From assembly GCA_014239585.1 (NCBI GenBank), contig JAAZYP010000001.1, positions 177,955 through 241,954 on the forward strand: 64,000 nt of DNA, given 5' to 3'. This DNA is from Nanobdellota archaeon. Its GTDB lineage: Archaea; Nanobdellota; Nanobdellia; UBA10117; ARS21. A program made the translations under genes and the position numbers. Shown here in pieces: positions 47,574-57,525 of this stretch. The notes beneath the pieces are model-generated. The model searched no databases. It worked only from the letters and a program-made list of their open reading frames with translations, and was not told where the DNA came from. Each line of letters begins with the position of its first letter. Within the stretch, counting starts at the first letter, position 1.

Positions 47574-49259
47574 ATGGATTATTCTCGACTTGTCAGAATA
47601 TATGAAGAACTATCTAACACAGCAGGTAGGTTGGAAAAGCGAGATATTATATCTAATTTTTTAAGTTCAGTTCATGAAAAAAATCTTGTAAATATTATTA
47701 ATCTTCTACAGGGTCAAAATTTCCCTGAATGGGATTCGCGTAAAATCGGTGTGGGAACACAGATAATTATCAAAGCTTTAGCAAATACTTCTGGAATTTC
47801 GATAGGCGATATCGACAAATTATGGGCAGATATCGGCGATCTAGGTAAAGTTGCAGAAAAGATACTCTCAAATAAAAAACAATCTACGCTAGTCTCAAAT
47901 TCGTTAACTATAAAGGGTGTTGTGGATCGAAATCAAAAATTAGCAGAAATTGAGGGTTCAGGTACGGTATCAAAAAAAATTGATGTTATCTCTGAATTAT
48001 TATCTTCTACTGATGCAATTGGTGCAAAATATCTTGTTCGATTACTCTTAGAGGATCTCCGAACAGGTGCAGGTATTGGAGTTATTCGTGATGCAATTTC
48101 CGAGACATACGATATTGAAAAATCTAAAATCCAGAGAGGTTATGATCTTACTACGGATTTGGCCCGAGTTGCATATATTGCTAAGATTGACGGTGAAAAT
48201 GGATTAGATAAATTAAAAATTTCACCTGGAAGTCCAGTTAAAGTTATGTTGTTCCAAAAATCTGAAACTTTTGAAGGTGCATTTGATAAAGTAGGTATTC
48301 CTGCTGCGATTGAATACAAATATGATGGTTTTAGACTTCAAATTCATCGAAATAAATCTAAAATTAAACTTTTTACTCGAAATCTTGAAGATGTTACTAA
48401 TCAATTTCCAGATATTATTGAATTTGTAAAGCGAGATATTGATTCTGAATCATTTGTAATTGATTGCGAAGCAATTGGTTATGATCCTAAAACAAAAGTT
48501 TGGAAACCTTTCCAAGAAATTTCTCAGCGTATTCGACGTAAATATGATATTGAAAACATGATTAAAGAAGTGCCAGTCATGATTCTTGCATTTGATATTT
48601 TATTTTTGAATGGAAAGAGTTTATTGTCGATTCCATTTAGTGACCGAAGAAAAAACCTAAAATCTATACTAAAAAGTGAGACTTTGGCAGTTGACATAGC
48701 CAAATCACTCCATACTGATGATATTTCAAAAGCTCAAAAATTTTATGAATCTGCGCTAGATGCTGGCGCTGAAGGAGTAATGGTAAAGAATCTAGCGAGT
48801 ATTTACAAACCCGGTTCTAGAGTTGGATTTGGGTTAAAAATTAAACCTGTAATGGAATCTTTGGACTTAACCGTTGTTGGTGCAGAATGGGGTACAGGTA
48901 AACGCGCAAATTGGTTGAGTAGTTTTACTCTTGCATGCAAGCAAGGTGATGAATTTTTTGAAATTGGTAAAATGGGGACTGGTCTTAAGGAAAAAGAAAA
49001 TGATGGTCTAAGTTTTAATCAAATTACTAATTTATTAAAGCCAAATATCTTGAACGAAGAGGGTCGGAATGTTACAATTAAACCTTCAATTGTTATTGAA
49101 ATTGAATATGAAGAGATTCAGAAATCTCCAACTTATTCTTCAGGATTTGCATTGAGATTCCCTCGAGTATTACGTCTAAGAGATGATTTGAATTTATCTG
49201 ATGTTGATAACTTATCTAAAATTGAATCACTGAGAAATAGTCAACGTGCACGCAATTAA
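47574..49259 (+). CDS. lig: ATP-dependent DNA ligase
   Basis: EYKYDG, EGVMVK, ALRFPR. Confidence 0.97.
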   Translation: MDYSRLVRIYEELSNTAGRLEKRDIISNFLSSVHEKNLVNIINLLQGQNFPEWDSRKIGVGTQIIIKALANTSGISIGDIDKLWADIGDLGKVAEKILSNKKQSTLVSNSLTIKGVVDRNQKLAEIEGSGTVSKKIDVISELLSSTDAIGAKYLVRLLLEDLRTGAGIGVIRDAISETYDIEKSKIQRGYDLTTDLARVAYIAKIDGENGLDKLKISPGSPVKVMLFQKSETFEGAFDKVGIPAAIEYKYDGFRLQIHRNKSKIKLFTRNLEDVTNQFPDIIEFVKRDIDSESFVIDCEAIGYDPKTKVWKPFQEISQRIRRKYDIENMIKEVPVMILAFDILFLNGKSLLSIPFSDRRKNLKSILKSETLAVDIAKSLHTDDISKAQKFYESALDAGAEGVMVKNLASIYKPGSRVGFGLKIKPVMESLDLTVVGAEWGTGKRANWLSSFTLACKQGDEFFEIGKMGTGLKEKENDGLSFNQITNLLKPNILNEEGRNVTIKPSIVIEIEYEEIQKSPTYSSGFALRFPRVLRLRDDLNLSDVDNLSKIESLRNSQRARN

Positions 49260-49371
49260 ATTTTCTGAAACATAGTTTTATTTTTTAAACTGTGTTCCAT
49301 TTATATGTTTCATAAACAAAATAATGTTTCTTTTTCAAAACTCTTTTATAGGTCTGTTCCAATTATAAAAC

Positions 49372-49881
49372 ATGAAGGTAGATTTATTAGGAAAAATATT
49401 TGATATAAAAACTGTTCAAGTAATTAAAGTTCTACTAACTAAACGTGGAAGATTTTATCTTAGAGATTTATCTCGTGAGTCGGGAGTAAGCCTAGCAACT
49501 ACTTATCGTATTGTTCAAAAATTGAAGGCAATCGGTATTGTTTACAAAGATGGTAAAGAAAAAATTGAATTTTATGAATTAGATCGAAATTCAGATAATT
49601 TCGCAATAATTAAGGAGATATTCTTTGAATCTGAGCAAAAACCTGCGGAAATAATAAAGAAAACTCTTCATGAAATTCATGGTTTAGAACCTAGAATTTA
49701 TTATGAAAAAACTAATGAAAATAAAATTATCGTAGTAAGTTCATTAACTGAAAAGAAAGAAATTCATAATTTAAAGGAAAAATTAGACGAAGAAGTAAAA
49801 GTAGTCTTATTTTCAAATTCTCAATTTATCGAAATGAAAAATGCAGGATTTATAAAAAGTAAAACTTTGACTGAGATATAA
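49372..49881 (+). CDS. winged-HTH DNA-binding protein
   Basis: FYLRDLSRESGVSLATTYRIVQKL. Confidence 0.8.
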   Translation: MKVDLLGKIFDIKTVQVIKVLLTKRGRFYLRDLSRESGVSLATTYRIVQKLKAIGIVYKDGKEKIEFYELDRNSDNFAIIKEIFFESEQKPAEIIKKTLHEIHGLEPRIYYEKTNENKIIVVSSLTEKKEIHNLKEKLDEEVKVVLFSNSQFIEMKNAGFIKSKTLTEI

Positions 49882-49962
49882 CCTTGATTGAAGAAATGAT
49901 TATAAAGAAAAATTAGCATTACTCATCAAAGACTAATGAATTTACTATTAGTTAGTTAAACG

Positions 49963-50793
49963 ATGTTAATAAATGAAGATTTCCTGAACCGATTAAGACA
50001 AAGTTTCAGTTTAAATTTATACGAAGTTAAACTTTGGACGGCAATATTATCTCGTGGTATTTCAACTGCAGGTGAATTAAGTGATATTGCCGATGTACCT
50101 CGATCTAGAACTTATGATGTACTTGAAAGTTTAGAACGTAAAGGATTTGTAATCGTAAAACCTGAAAAACCAATAAAATATATGGCTCTTCCGCCGACTG
50201 AAGTGTTGGACCGTGTTCAAAAGAAAATTGAATCTGAATTAAAAACTCATTCAGGAAAGGTTGAAAAACTTAGAAATTCTGAAATGATTTCTGAACTTAT
50301 GAATTTATATGACCAAGGAATCGAACCTATGCAAGTTACTGATTTCTCAGGAGCATTAAAAGGAAGACACAATATTTATGATCAATTGTCCATGCTAATA
50401 AAAAATTCAAAGGAATCGATTGAATTAGTTACTAGTGAAGATGGATTATTAAGAAAAACTCGGACATTAAAACCTCTTTTAGAAAAAGCACTTATGCGTG
50501 GCGTTAAAATAAAAATTATAATTCCTTCGGGAGAAATTGAAGGTATTAGTTCAGATGAAGGTCTGATTGAAGTTAAAAATGATCCTTCAATTTCCGCAAG
50601 ATTTATGATTGTTGATAAAAAACAAATTGTATTTATGCTTGCTGACGATAAAAAAATACATCCGTCTTATGATATGGGTTTCTGGGTAAATTCCGGATTT
50701 TTTTGTAATGCACTATCTAAAATGTTTAATCAATCTTGGAATTCTGGACCAAGCTTAAATGATGAAACGCCGAGTTCGGATCTGGAAGAATAG
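49963..50793 (+). CDS. TrmB family regulator
   Basis: LNLYEVK, VPRSRTYDVLESLERKG, C-terminal effector domain. Confidence 0.93.
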   Translation: MLINEDFLNRLRQSFSLNLYEVKLWTAILSRGISTAGELSDIADVPRSRTYDVLESLERKGFVIVKPEKPIKYMALPPTEVLDRVQKKIESELKTHSGKVEKLRNSEMISELMNLYDQGIEPMQVTDFSGALKGRHNIYDQLSMLIKNSKESIELVTSEDGLLRKTRTLKPLLEKALMRGVKIKIIIPSGEIEGISSDEGLIEVKNDPSISARFMIVDKKQIVFMLADDKKIHPSYDMGFWVNSGFFCNALSKMFNQSWNSGPSLNDETPSSDLEE

Positions 50794-50836
50794 GTTTATC
50801 CGAAGAATTTTTAAACAAAAATCTGACATCTGAGAT

Positions 50837-52345
50837 ATGCAATCACTAGTAAATATGCTCTTGAAAGAGGATAAATTAACTAAAAGTAAGACTGAACTAA
50901 TTAAGCGAAACTGGGCGCGTGAACACAAATCTAAGATGCCTTTAAATTCTGAGATATGGAGCATTTGTTCTGATAAAGAAAAGGAAAAATTAAGATATGT
51001 GTTAAACACTAAACCTACGCGAAACCTTGCGGGTGTTTCAATTATTGCAATTATGCCTAAACCTAACGGTTGTCCTGCAAGATGTACTTTCTGTCCAGAA
51101 GGTAAAAATGCACCTAAAAGTTATACGGGTTTTGAACCTTCAACTATGCGTTCAATTAGAAATAATTTTGATTCACACAAGACTGTATCTGAACGTCTTA
51201 AATCTTTAGAAAATACAGGTCATATTACTGATAAAAATGAATTAATAATTCAGGGTGGAACTTTTCCTGCCTATCCGTGGGATTATCAAAAGAATTTTGT
51301 AAAAAGGGCATTTGATGGATTTAATGGTAAATTTTCTGAAACTCTGGCGGAAGCCAAAAAATTGAATGAAACTTCAGAACATAGATGTATTGGTTTAACT
51401 GTTGAAACTCGTCCAGATTGGATTTTTATAGATAAATTTCTCGAATTAGGGTGTACTCGAATTGAAATGGGTCTTCAGGCTCCCTACGATGATGTTTTAG
51501 ATGCAGTAAATCGAGGGCACAGTGTCCAAGACTTCAAAGATGCAGTAAAAACTTTGAAGGAGGGTGGATTCAAAATATTATATCATTTAATGCCGGGATT
51601 ACCTAACTCCAATTTAGAACGAGATTTGAAAGCAATTGATATAGTTTTTGAAGATGAAGAATTCAAGCCAGATATGTTCAAAATATATCCTACTCTCGTA
51701 ATGCCTGATACTGAACTTTATGATCAATGGAAATCTGGAGAATATGAACCGAGAGATGAAGAATATTACCAAAAAGTAATTGAACACGCTTACAAAAAAT
51801 CACCTAAATGGACCAGACTTATGAGAGTACAACGAGATATTCCTGCACAATATATTGGTGCTGGTCCAAAAAAGGGGAATCTCAGAGAAATTGTGGAAAA
51901 TAAATTGATTAAAGATGGGGTTCCAATTAACGAAATTAGATTTAGAGAAACCGGTCAATCCTATAAACGAAATAAATCTATTCCGAAAAAGATTACATTA
52001 TTGGTTGAGAAATATCGTGCCAGTGGCGGAGATGAATATTTTATCAGTGCAGAGGATGTTGAACAAAATATTTTACTCGGATTTTGTAGACTTAGATTGG
52101 GTGAACGAAAAGAGGGAATGATTCGTGAGTTGCACGTTTATGGTTCAGTTACCGAAATTGGTGAAATTGGAACTGATACTCAACACAAAGGTTGGGGTTC
52201 AAAACTTCTCAAAAAAGCCGAAGAAATTGCAAAGGAAAATGGTCGAGATGAAATGTTAGTTATATCTGGTGTCGGAGTAAGAGAATACTATAAAAATGTA
52301 CATGGCTATTCATTAAAAGATCATTACATGTGGAAGAAATTATGA
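50837..52345 (+). CDS. elp3: Elp3 tRNA wobble-uridine modification enzyme (radical SAM + GNAT)
   Basis: CPARCTFCP, PKSYTG, QGGTF, ETRPD, RELHVYG, QHKGWG, SGVGVREYY. Confidence 0.96.
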   Translation: MQSLVNMLLKEDKLTKSKTELIKRNWAREHKSKMPLNSEIWSICSDKEKEKLRYVLNTKPTRNLAGVSIIAIMPKPNGCPARCTFCPEGKNAPKSYTGFEPSTMRSIRNNFDSHKTVSERLKSLENTGHITDKNELIIQGGTFPAYPWDYQKNFVKRAFDGFNGKFSETLAEAKKLNETSEHRCIGLTVETRPDWIFIDKFLELGCTRIEMGLQAPYDDVLDAVNRGHSVQDFKDAVKTLKEGGFKILYHLMPGLPNSNLERDLKAIDIVFEDEEFKPDMFKIYPTLVMPDTELYDQWKSGEYEPRDEEYYQKVIEHAYKKSPKWTRLMRVQRDIPAQYIGAGPKKGNLREIVENKLIKDGVPINEIRFRETGQSYKRNKSIPKKITLLVEKYRASGGDEYFISAEDVEQNILLGFCRLRLGERKEGMIRELHVYGSVTEIGEIGTDTQHKGWGSKLLKKAEEIAKENGRDEMLVISGVGVREYYKNVHGYSLKDHYMWKKL

Positions 52346-52476
52346 AGATAATTATTAATCAAAATAAAAAATTGAATGAGTTAAAGAAAGATATTGAATT
52401 TCTGGGCGATTCAATTAATGACGTCATGAAACAAGGTGACTCTAAAGTTAAAATAAAATTGAATAAGCATTTCTAA
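52342..52476 (+). CDS. possible 44 aa protein
   Basis: Not in ORF track. ATGA overlap with elp3; MKIIINQNKKLNELKKDIEFLGDSIND... Confidence 0.45.
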   Translation: MKIIINQNKKLNELKKDIEFLGDSINDVMKQGDSKVKIKLNKHF

Positions 52477-52516
52477 ACATAAATCTTATAAATAAATCAA
52501 TAGACAGTCTATCAAT

Positions 52517-52589
52517 AGCCCTATAGTGTAGCGGTCAATCATTCGAGACTTTGGATCTTGAGACCCCGGTTCGAATCCGGGTAGGGCTA
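52517..52589 (+). tRNA. tRNA-Gln(TTG)
   Basis: AGCCCTA...TAGGGCT-A with archaeal A1-U72; loop CTTTGGA. Confidence 0.95.
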
Positions 52590-52610
52590 CTACTTTTTAG
52601 AAAAATTTAA

Positions 52611-53270
52611 TTATTTTTTGGATTTTACTTTTGCAACTGCTTTCTTTTTGGATGCTGGTGGTTCTGCTGCGGCAGCTTCAGCAGCTTTTTCTGCAGCTTC
52701 AATTAATGCTTCTTCTGCTTTCTTTTCAGCTTCAATTTCAGCTAATTGTTTTCGTAAATCATCTATTTTTTCAATCTCTTGGTTTAACACATGCACCTCT
52801 TCCTCCAGAGATTGCATAAGTTCAAAATTATTAATTTCAGAAAGTGGTTTTCCATCAGTTGGTGAAATAAAACCATGATTCAATGCTTCTTCATATTTGA
52901 ATTTTTCACCACTTTTGGATTCAAACGAGTACTCTGATTCCGCTTGGATTTGATCTTTATTCTTTTTTATTAAATTTTCTTTAAATTTTCTGTAAACATT
53001 TAAAAGTCGTTTTCGATTAACGTGCCAAAAATAAATATACCACCATTTCTTTTCTTCATCTCGTTCTTTTGTATATTCAACAAAGCCTGCATTGTGTAAT
53101 TTGTAAAGTGATTTTCGAGCTCCATTAATTTTAACATCAAGTTCTTCTGCAATTTCATTTTCAGATAAAATATCAATCTTTGCTAACATTCCTAAAACTT
53201 CAATAGTCTGCTCATCAAACTCTATAATCATATCTTCGACAATTTTGAATATTTCTTTGGTATTAAGCAT
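52611..53270 (-). CDS. tfe: transcription factor E alpha
   Basis: EIAEELDVKINGARKSLYKL, WYIYFW winged helix. Confidence 0.9.
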   Translation of the reverse strand: MLNTKEIFKIVEDMIIEFDEQTIEVLGMLAKIDILSENEIAEELDVKINGARKSLYKLHNAGFVEYTKERDEEKKWWYIYFWHVNRKRLLNVYRKFKENLIKKNKDQIQAESEYSFESKSGEKFKYEEALNHGFISPTDGKPLSEINNFELMQSLEEEVHVLNQEIEKIDDLRKQLAEIEAEKKAEEALIEAAEKAAEAAAAEPPASKKKAVAKVKSKK

Positions 53271-53317
53271 TTTGGGGTAACTATCCTACACGCAGACTTA
53301 TTAAATAAAGGTTTGCG

Positions 53318-54445
53318 TTATACGATCATTGGTCTGAATATACTGACCAATAACATCAAAAAGGTAAGTAGAGAAAGATAAATAAAGACTCGGTTTGACA
53401 ATTTTTCTCGTTTTGTTACTGCAACCAATCCATCTTTAAACATTTTACCTCCGTCAAGCGGTCCAAGTGGTAAAAGATTGAAAAGTCCTACTCCTAAACT
53501 AAGTGTTATAAAGAAATATAAAAAATCTTTGAAAATTGATAAACTATCTGCATACCATGCATTTTTTTTTCGTTCAAGAACTCCTTCGAAACTAAATCCG
53601 TAATGTCCGTCATTTGGGTTTATTGGATTTTCAGATGCAATCATACTTATTACTTCTCCCGAATCTAACGTCAGACTCATTTCTTCCCCAGGTAATTTTT
53701 CAACTAACGATTCGTATGCGAGCTCCGAATCTGAAAGCGGAATATCATCAATAAAAGTGATTACATCGCCAATTTCGAGTCCAGCTGATTCAGCAGGAAA
53801 ATTCTCAGTAACGTCAAGTACATTCAATCCCAATACATTATATGATCCAATCAATATTGGCATAACTGCAAACATCAATACGCCTAATGCAATAACTGCT
53901 GTAGTTATGTTTGCGAATGGTCCAGCTGCATACATTGCAATTCGTTTTGAAGGACTAAGATTTTTGACTTGTTTTTCATTAGGTTTTACAAAAGCAAATG
54001 GTAAAATTGCAAGCAATCCAACACCGGTTGATTCAACTTTAACTTTATGAACTCGTGAAATAATTCCGTGTGCGCCTTCATGAATTACAAGTAATGAGAA
54101 TAATCCGATTATTCCGTGCCAAAATGGAAGGAAAAAATTTGATCCAGGAATTTTTATTCCGGGAATAATTGGTGAAACTACTGCTTCGGGAGATGGGAAG
54201 AAAAAAGCGTTGAATATGAAATAAAATATGAATCCCATTCCTAAATATCCTATTGGAATCCCAATATATGACCAAACTTTCCAGAATCGTTCATATTTTG
54301 CAAGTTTATCCATCAATTTTATTCCGAATTTTCCTTCATAAATAAAAATTATTCCTGCATGACGTTGAATTTTTGATTTATTTTTGTATATTAAAATTGC
54401 CAGAAAAGCATAAAACGCAATAACTGAAATTGTGTTAATCTCCAT
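53318..54445 (-). CDS. site-2 protease (M50) with PDZ domain
   Basis: IHEGAHG, AGPFAN, PAESAGL.GDVI, NLLPLGPLDGG. Confidence 0.95.
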   Translation of the reverse strand: MEINTISVIAFYAFLAILIYKNKSKIQRHAGIIFIYEGKFGIKLMDKLAKYERFWKVWSYIGIPIGYLGMGFIFYFIFNAFFFPSPEAVVSPIIPGIKIPGSNFFLPFWHGIIGLFSLLVIHEGAHGIISRVHKVKVESTGVGLLAILPFAFVKPNEKQVKNLSPSKRIAMYAAGPFANITTAVIALGVLMFAVMPILIGSYNVLGLNVLDVTENFPAESAGLEIGDVITFIDDIPLSDSELAYESLVEKLPGEEMSLTLDSGEVISMIASENPINPNDGHYGFSFEGVLERKKNAWYADSLSIFKDFLYFFITLSLGVGLFNLLPLGPLDGGKMFKDGLVAVTKREKLSNRVFIYLSLLTFLMLLVSIFRPMIV

Positions 54446-54475
54446 ATACTTGGGACTCGGAGATTGTTAATAAAA

Positions 54476-54673
54476 CTATCCTCGTTTGTACTTAGAAATT
54501 ATATCGATTGTATCGATGTGTCCCATAAATAATGCTCTGCAGCATTGTCTTTTAATACCTGCATCATCTAGTTCTTTCTTAATATCTGACCCTTTGTTTA
54601 CGTTTTCTTTAAAAGTTTCCCATTTATGTGCAACTGGTTTTCCACATGAAAAGCATCGAATTGGAATTATCAT
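54476..54673 (-). CDS. rpoN: RNA polymerase subunit N (Rpo10)
   Basis: MIIPIRCFSCGK...RQCCR. Confidence 0.97.
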   Translation of the reverse strand: MIIPIRCFSCGKPVAHKWETFKENVNKGSDIKKELDDAGIKRQCCRALFMGHIDTIDIISKYKRG

Positions 54674-54674
54674 A

Positions 54675-55079
54675 TTATCTGTAGGACTTTTGTCTCTTTG
54701 CTCTTGGCGAAGATTTATTTGGCTTATGCGGTTCGTTTCTTCGAACATCTGCAACTAATAGATGTCTATCATATCCAAGATATGCTTGTCTAAGTTCTTT
54801 TGAACCTGAAAAATCTACTAGTCCTTTCGCAATTGCTAATCTTGCTGCCTCTGTTTGACCTGACTGTCCTCCTCCTTTAATATTTACATCAATATCGACT
54901 GAATTTGATAAATCTCCTGCGATTAAAATTGGTTCTTGGATTTTTTGTCTGAACATTAACGGTAAGTATTCAGATAGAGGCGTTCCGTTAATACTAACTT
55001 TACCGTCACCTTTTCGAATATTTGCTCTAGCAACTGCTTGTTTTCTTTTACCACTAGCTATTACTATTTTATTTGTCAT
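54675..55079 (-). CDS. rps9: 30S ribosomal protein S9 (uS9)
   Basis: GKRKQAVARA, QKSYR. Confidence 0.97.
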   Translation of the reverse strand: MTNKIVIASGKRKQAVARANIRKGDGKVSINGTPLSEYLPLMFRQKIQEPILIAGDLSNSVDIDVNIKGGGQSGQTEAARLAIAKGLVDFSGSKELRQAYLGYDRHLLVADVRRNEPHKPNKSSPRAKRQKSYR

Positions 55080-55491
55080 ATTTACCTATTAATCTTGATA
55101 CATCTCCTAATTTCATATATTTTGAAGATTTTAATCGACTAACATTTGCTTCATCGATTGTTTTTAATTCTTTATTTTTAAATTCATTTGGAATTCCGAT
55201 ATAACACATTACTCGTTTGAATGCTTCTCTTCCTCTTGTTACTTTATGCGGAAGCATTCTTTTTATTGAACGTCGAACAATTCGGTCAGGCATTCTCGGA
55301 GTAAATGGTCCGTGAAATGGCTTACCGATATTTTTGAAATTTTGGAATTTATCCATTATTGTTTCTTTTGATCCACTCAAAATTGATTTTTCACAATTTA
55401 CAATAACAATTTCTCTCCCCAATAAAACATCTTTTGCAGCTTTACTTGAAAGTCTACCTACAATTAAATCGGATGCGTCATAAATTATCAT
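55069..55491 (-). CDS. rpl13: 50S ribosomal protein L13 (uL13)
   Basis: IVGRLSS, GPFTPRMP, MLPHK. Confidence 0.96.
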   Translation of the reverse strand: MIIYDASDLIVGRLSSKAAKDVLLGREIVIVNCEKSILSGSKETIMDKFQNFKNIGKPFHGPFTPRMPDRIVRRSIKRMLPHKVTRGREAFKRVMCYIGIPNEFKNKELKTIDEANVSRLKSSKYMKLGDVSRLIGKYDK

Positions 55492-55829
55492 GAAACTAAC
55501 CTCAATTTACTTCCCTCTAATTCTTTTACTGATAAATCATGTAATGAAATTATACTTGAACCTGATGCTTTTAATTTTGAAAGTACTGCTTCAGAGAATC
55601 TCCAACAAGAAATTGTTAATTTCTTTTGAAGTTGTCCGCCTGCAACTAATTTTCCAGGAATAACAACAGTTTCACCATCATCATAATCATTCAAACTTCC
55701 TAAATTAACTGTAATTCTCTTTCGTGCTGGAACAGAAAGCATATCTGAAACTTTTCCCCAAAAATTAGATTTCTTTCTAAGACTTGCTATGAGAATCTTC
55801 AAGTTTACGTTTGTTGCTCCGTATATCAT
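55488..55829 (-). CDS. rpl18e: 50S ribosomal protein L18e (eL18)
   Basis: TN..L..LI, VNLGSL, VVIPGK; operon position. Confidence 0.92.
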   Translation of the reverse strand: MIYGATNVNLKILIASLRKKSNFWGKVSDMLSVPARKRITVNLGSLNDYDDGETVVIPGKLVAGGQLQKKLTISCWRFSEAVLSKLKASGSSIISLHDLSVKELEGSKLRLVS

Positions 55830-55842
55830 TTTTTTCCTCTGA

Positions 55843-55926
55843 TGCAAGGGACAGGACTCGAACCTGCGTAGGCACTAAGCCAATGGGACCTAAACCCACC
55901 CCGTTTGACCACTCCGGCACCCTTGC
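55843..55926 (-). tRNA. tRNA-Leu(TAG)
   Basis: Long variable arm; arm GTGGG-TTTAGGT-CCCAT. Confidence 0.94.
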
Positions 55927-55928
55927 GC

Positions 55929-56576
55929 TTATTTGAGTTTTAATTCCTTAAGATTTGCTTCTGCCTTATTTAAGGCATTAGTTAGCATTTCTTTAGGAGT
56001 TAGCTGACCCCAGCTCTCTATTACGAGTATGAATTTATTTGGTTGGTTTTTAAGCTTTACTATTGATTCTGAGTCTACCATTTTTCGCAATTCTTCTAAA
56101 CTTTCTTTACCTTTTGCTGCTGAAGGATAACGGAAGAAATATACATTTCCCGCACTCCATTTTGAATGTTCTGCTCCAGTTCCAATTGTTGCGGTAGCAG
56201 TTAATTCTACTTTTTGCTCTTTAGATAATAATACTAAGGGTGTATGTGGATTAATTACTTCAACACCTTTGCCTTTAGTTACTAAATCTGATGCTCGAAT
56301 TACTTTCGGACCTTCTACACTTAATTTAAAATGAACTTCTGGTTTCTTCAATGTGAAAATATCTTTGTTTACTTTCAACGGAAGTAATCCTAATCTTTGC
56401 GCTAAGATTTCATCATATAATGCTGAATTATTTTGTATAAATGTTACATTTTCAATTGCGAACGTTTTAATTCCAAATGAACAATTTCTTCGAATTAAGT
56501 TCATAAATGATGTTCCCACATCTTCGACAATGACTTGTAATTCATTATCATCTGAATAAATTTCTTGTAATTTCAT
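55929..56576 (-). CDS. rpoD: RNA polymerase subunit D (Rpo3)
   Basis: NLIRR, NNSALYDEILAQRLGLLP, EHSKW, IESWGQL. Confidence 0.95.
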   Translation of the reverse strand: MKLQEIYSDDNELQVIVEDVGTSFMNLIRRNCSFGIKTFAIENVTFIQNNSALYDEILAQRLGLLPLKVNKDIFTLKKPEVHFKLSVEGPKVIRASDLVTKGKGVEVINPHTPLVLLSKEQKVELTATATIGTGAEHSKWSAGNVYFFRYPSAAKGKESLEELRKMVDSESIVKLKNQPNKFILVIESWGQLTPKEMLTNALNKAEANLKELKLK

Positions 56577-56971
56577 ACTCTTCGACCTCTTCGACCACCT
56601 TTCTTTCTGCATCCGCCATGTGGAATTGGTGTTACATCTTCAATAGACATTATTTTGATTCCATTCTTTGTTAAAGTTCTTATCGTTGGTTGTGCTCCCG
56701 GACCTGGATGTCTTGAACCATTATGTCCGCCTTGTGCTCTCACTCTAACATGTACTTTTCTCATTCCTTTTTCCTTTAATGCTTCAGCCACTCTCTTAGC
56801 TGCAACAACTGCGGTATTTGCGTGAGCTTCAAGTCTTTGTTGTTTTGTTATTTGACCGCCTGAAACTAAAGATAATGTTTCTGAACCGGTCATATCTGTA
56901 ACATGAATAATTGTGTTATTATAAGATGAATAGATATTTGCAATTCCGACTAAATCTGTTTTTGTTACCAT
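56573..56971 (-). CDS. rps11: 30S ribosomal protein S11 (uS11)
   Basis: SSYNNTIIHVTD, PGPGAQ, EDVTPIPH. Confidence 0.97.
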   Translation of the reverse strand: MVTKTDLVGIANIYSSYNNTIIHVTDMTGSETLSLVSGGQITKQQRLEAHANTAVVAAKRVAEALKEKGMRKVHVRVRAQGGHNGSRHPGPGAQPTIRTLTKNGIKIMSIEDVTPIPHGGCRKKGGRRGRRV

Positions 56972-57525
56972 TATGCTGTTACCTCTCCTGATGTTGGAAC
57001 TTTAACTTCTTTAACTTCAACTTTAGGTTCTTCAATTACTTTTACTAGATTTGGTGTAAACCCGTCTTTAAATGCAACTTTATCTCCAGTTTTAATTAAA
57101 TATGCAGGAGATGAAACAACTTTTTCGTTGATCATAACTTTTCGGTGTAAAATAAATTGTCTTGATTGTTTTACTGAATTTGCAAGTCCCATTTTGTAAA
57201 CAACAGTTTGTAATCGTCTTTCAAGAATGTCTCTAAGTGATAAATTCAAAACATCACCTGTTGTTGAATCTTCCTTAAGTAATCCTAATCTGGTTAATCT
57301 TGAGATTAAAATTTTAATTGCAGAATCTTTTCGTTCTCCTCTAAGACCGATAATATCTCTTGCTTGTTTTCTAAAATTTCTTAAAAGTGAACTCATTTTC
57401 CAAATTTGTTTTTTATTAGTCAATCCATATTCGTTGATTAATTTTTTCTCTTCATCAATTCGTTCTGCTTGCCAAGGATGATTTGGCGTATCATATTTTC
57501 GTCTAGTTTTTCTTGCAAGTCCCAT
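56971..57525 (-). CDS. rps4: 30S ribosomal protein S4 (uS4)
   Basis: YDTPNHPW, YGL.NK, ERRLQT. Confidence 0.97.
   Translation of the reverse strand: MGLARKTRRKYDTPNHPWQAERIDEEKKLINEYGLTNKKQIWKMSSLLRNFRKQARDIIGLRGERKDSAIKILISRLTRLGLLKEDSTTGDVLNLSLRDILERRLQTVVYKMGLANSVKQSRQFILHRKVMINEKVVSSPAYLIKTGDKVAFKDGFTPNLVKVIEEPKVEVKEVKVPTSGEVTA

Noticed and set aside
7293..52517. RNase P-independent leaderless tRNAs (TATA about 24 nt before several tRNAs)
   Set aside because: Spacing fits short leaders, but tRNA-Val and tRNA-Leu directly follow protein genes and need 5' processing.
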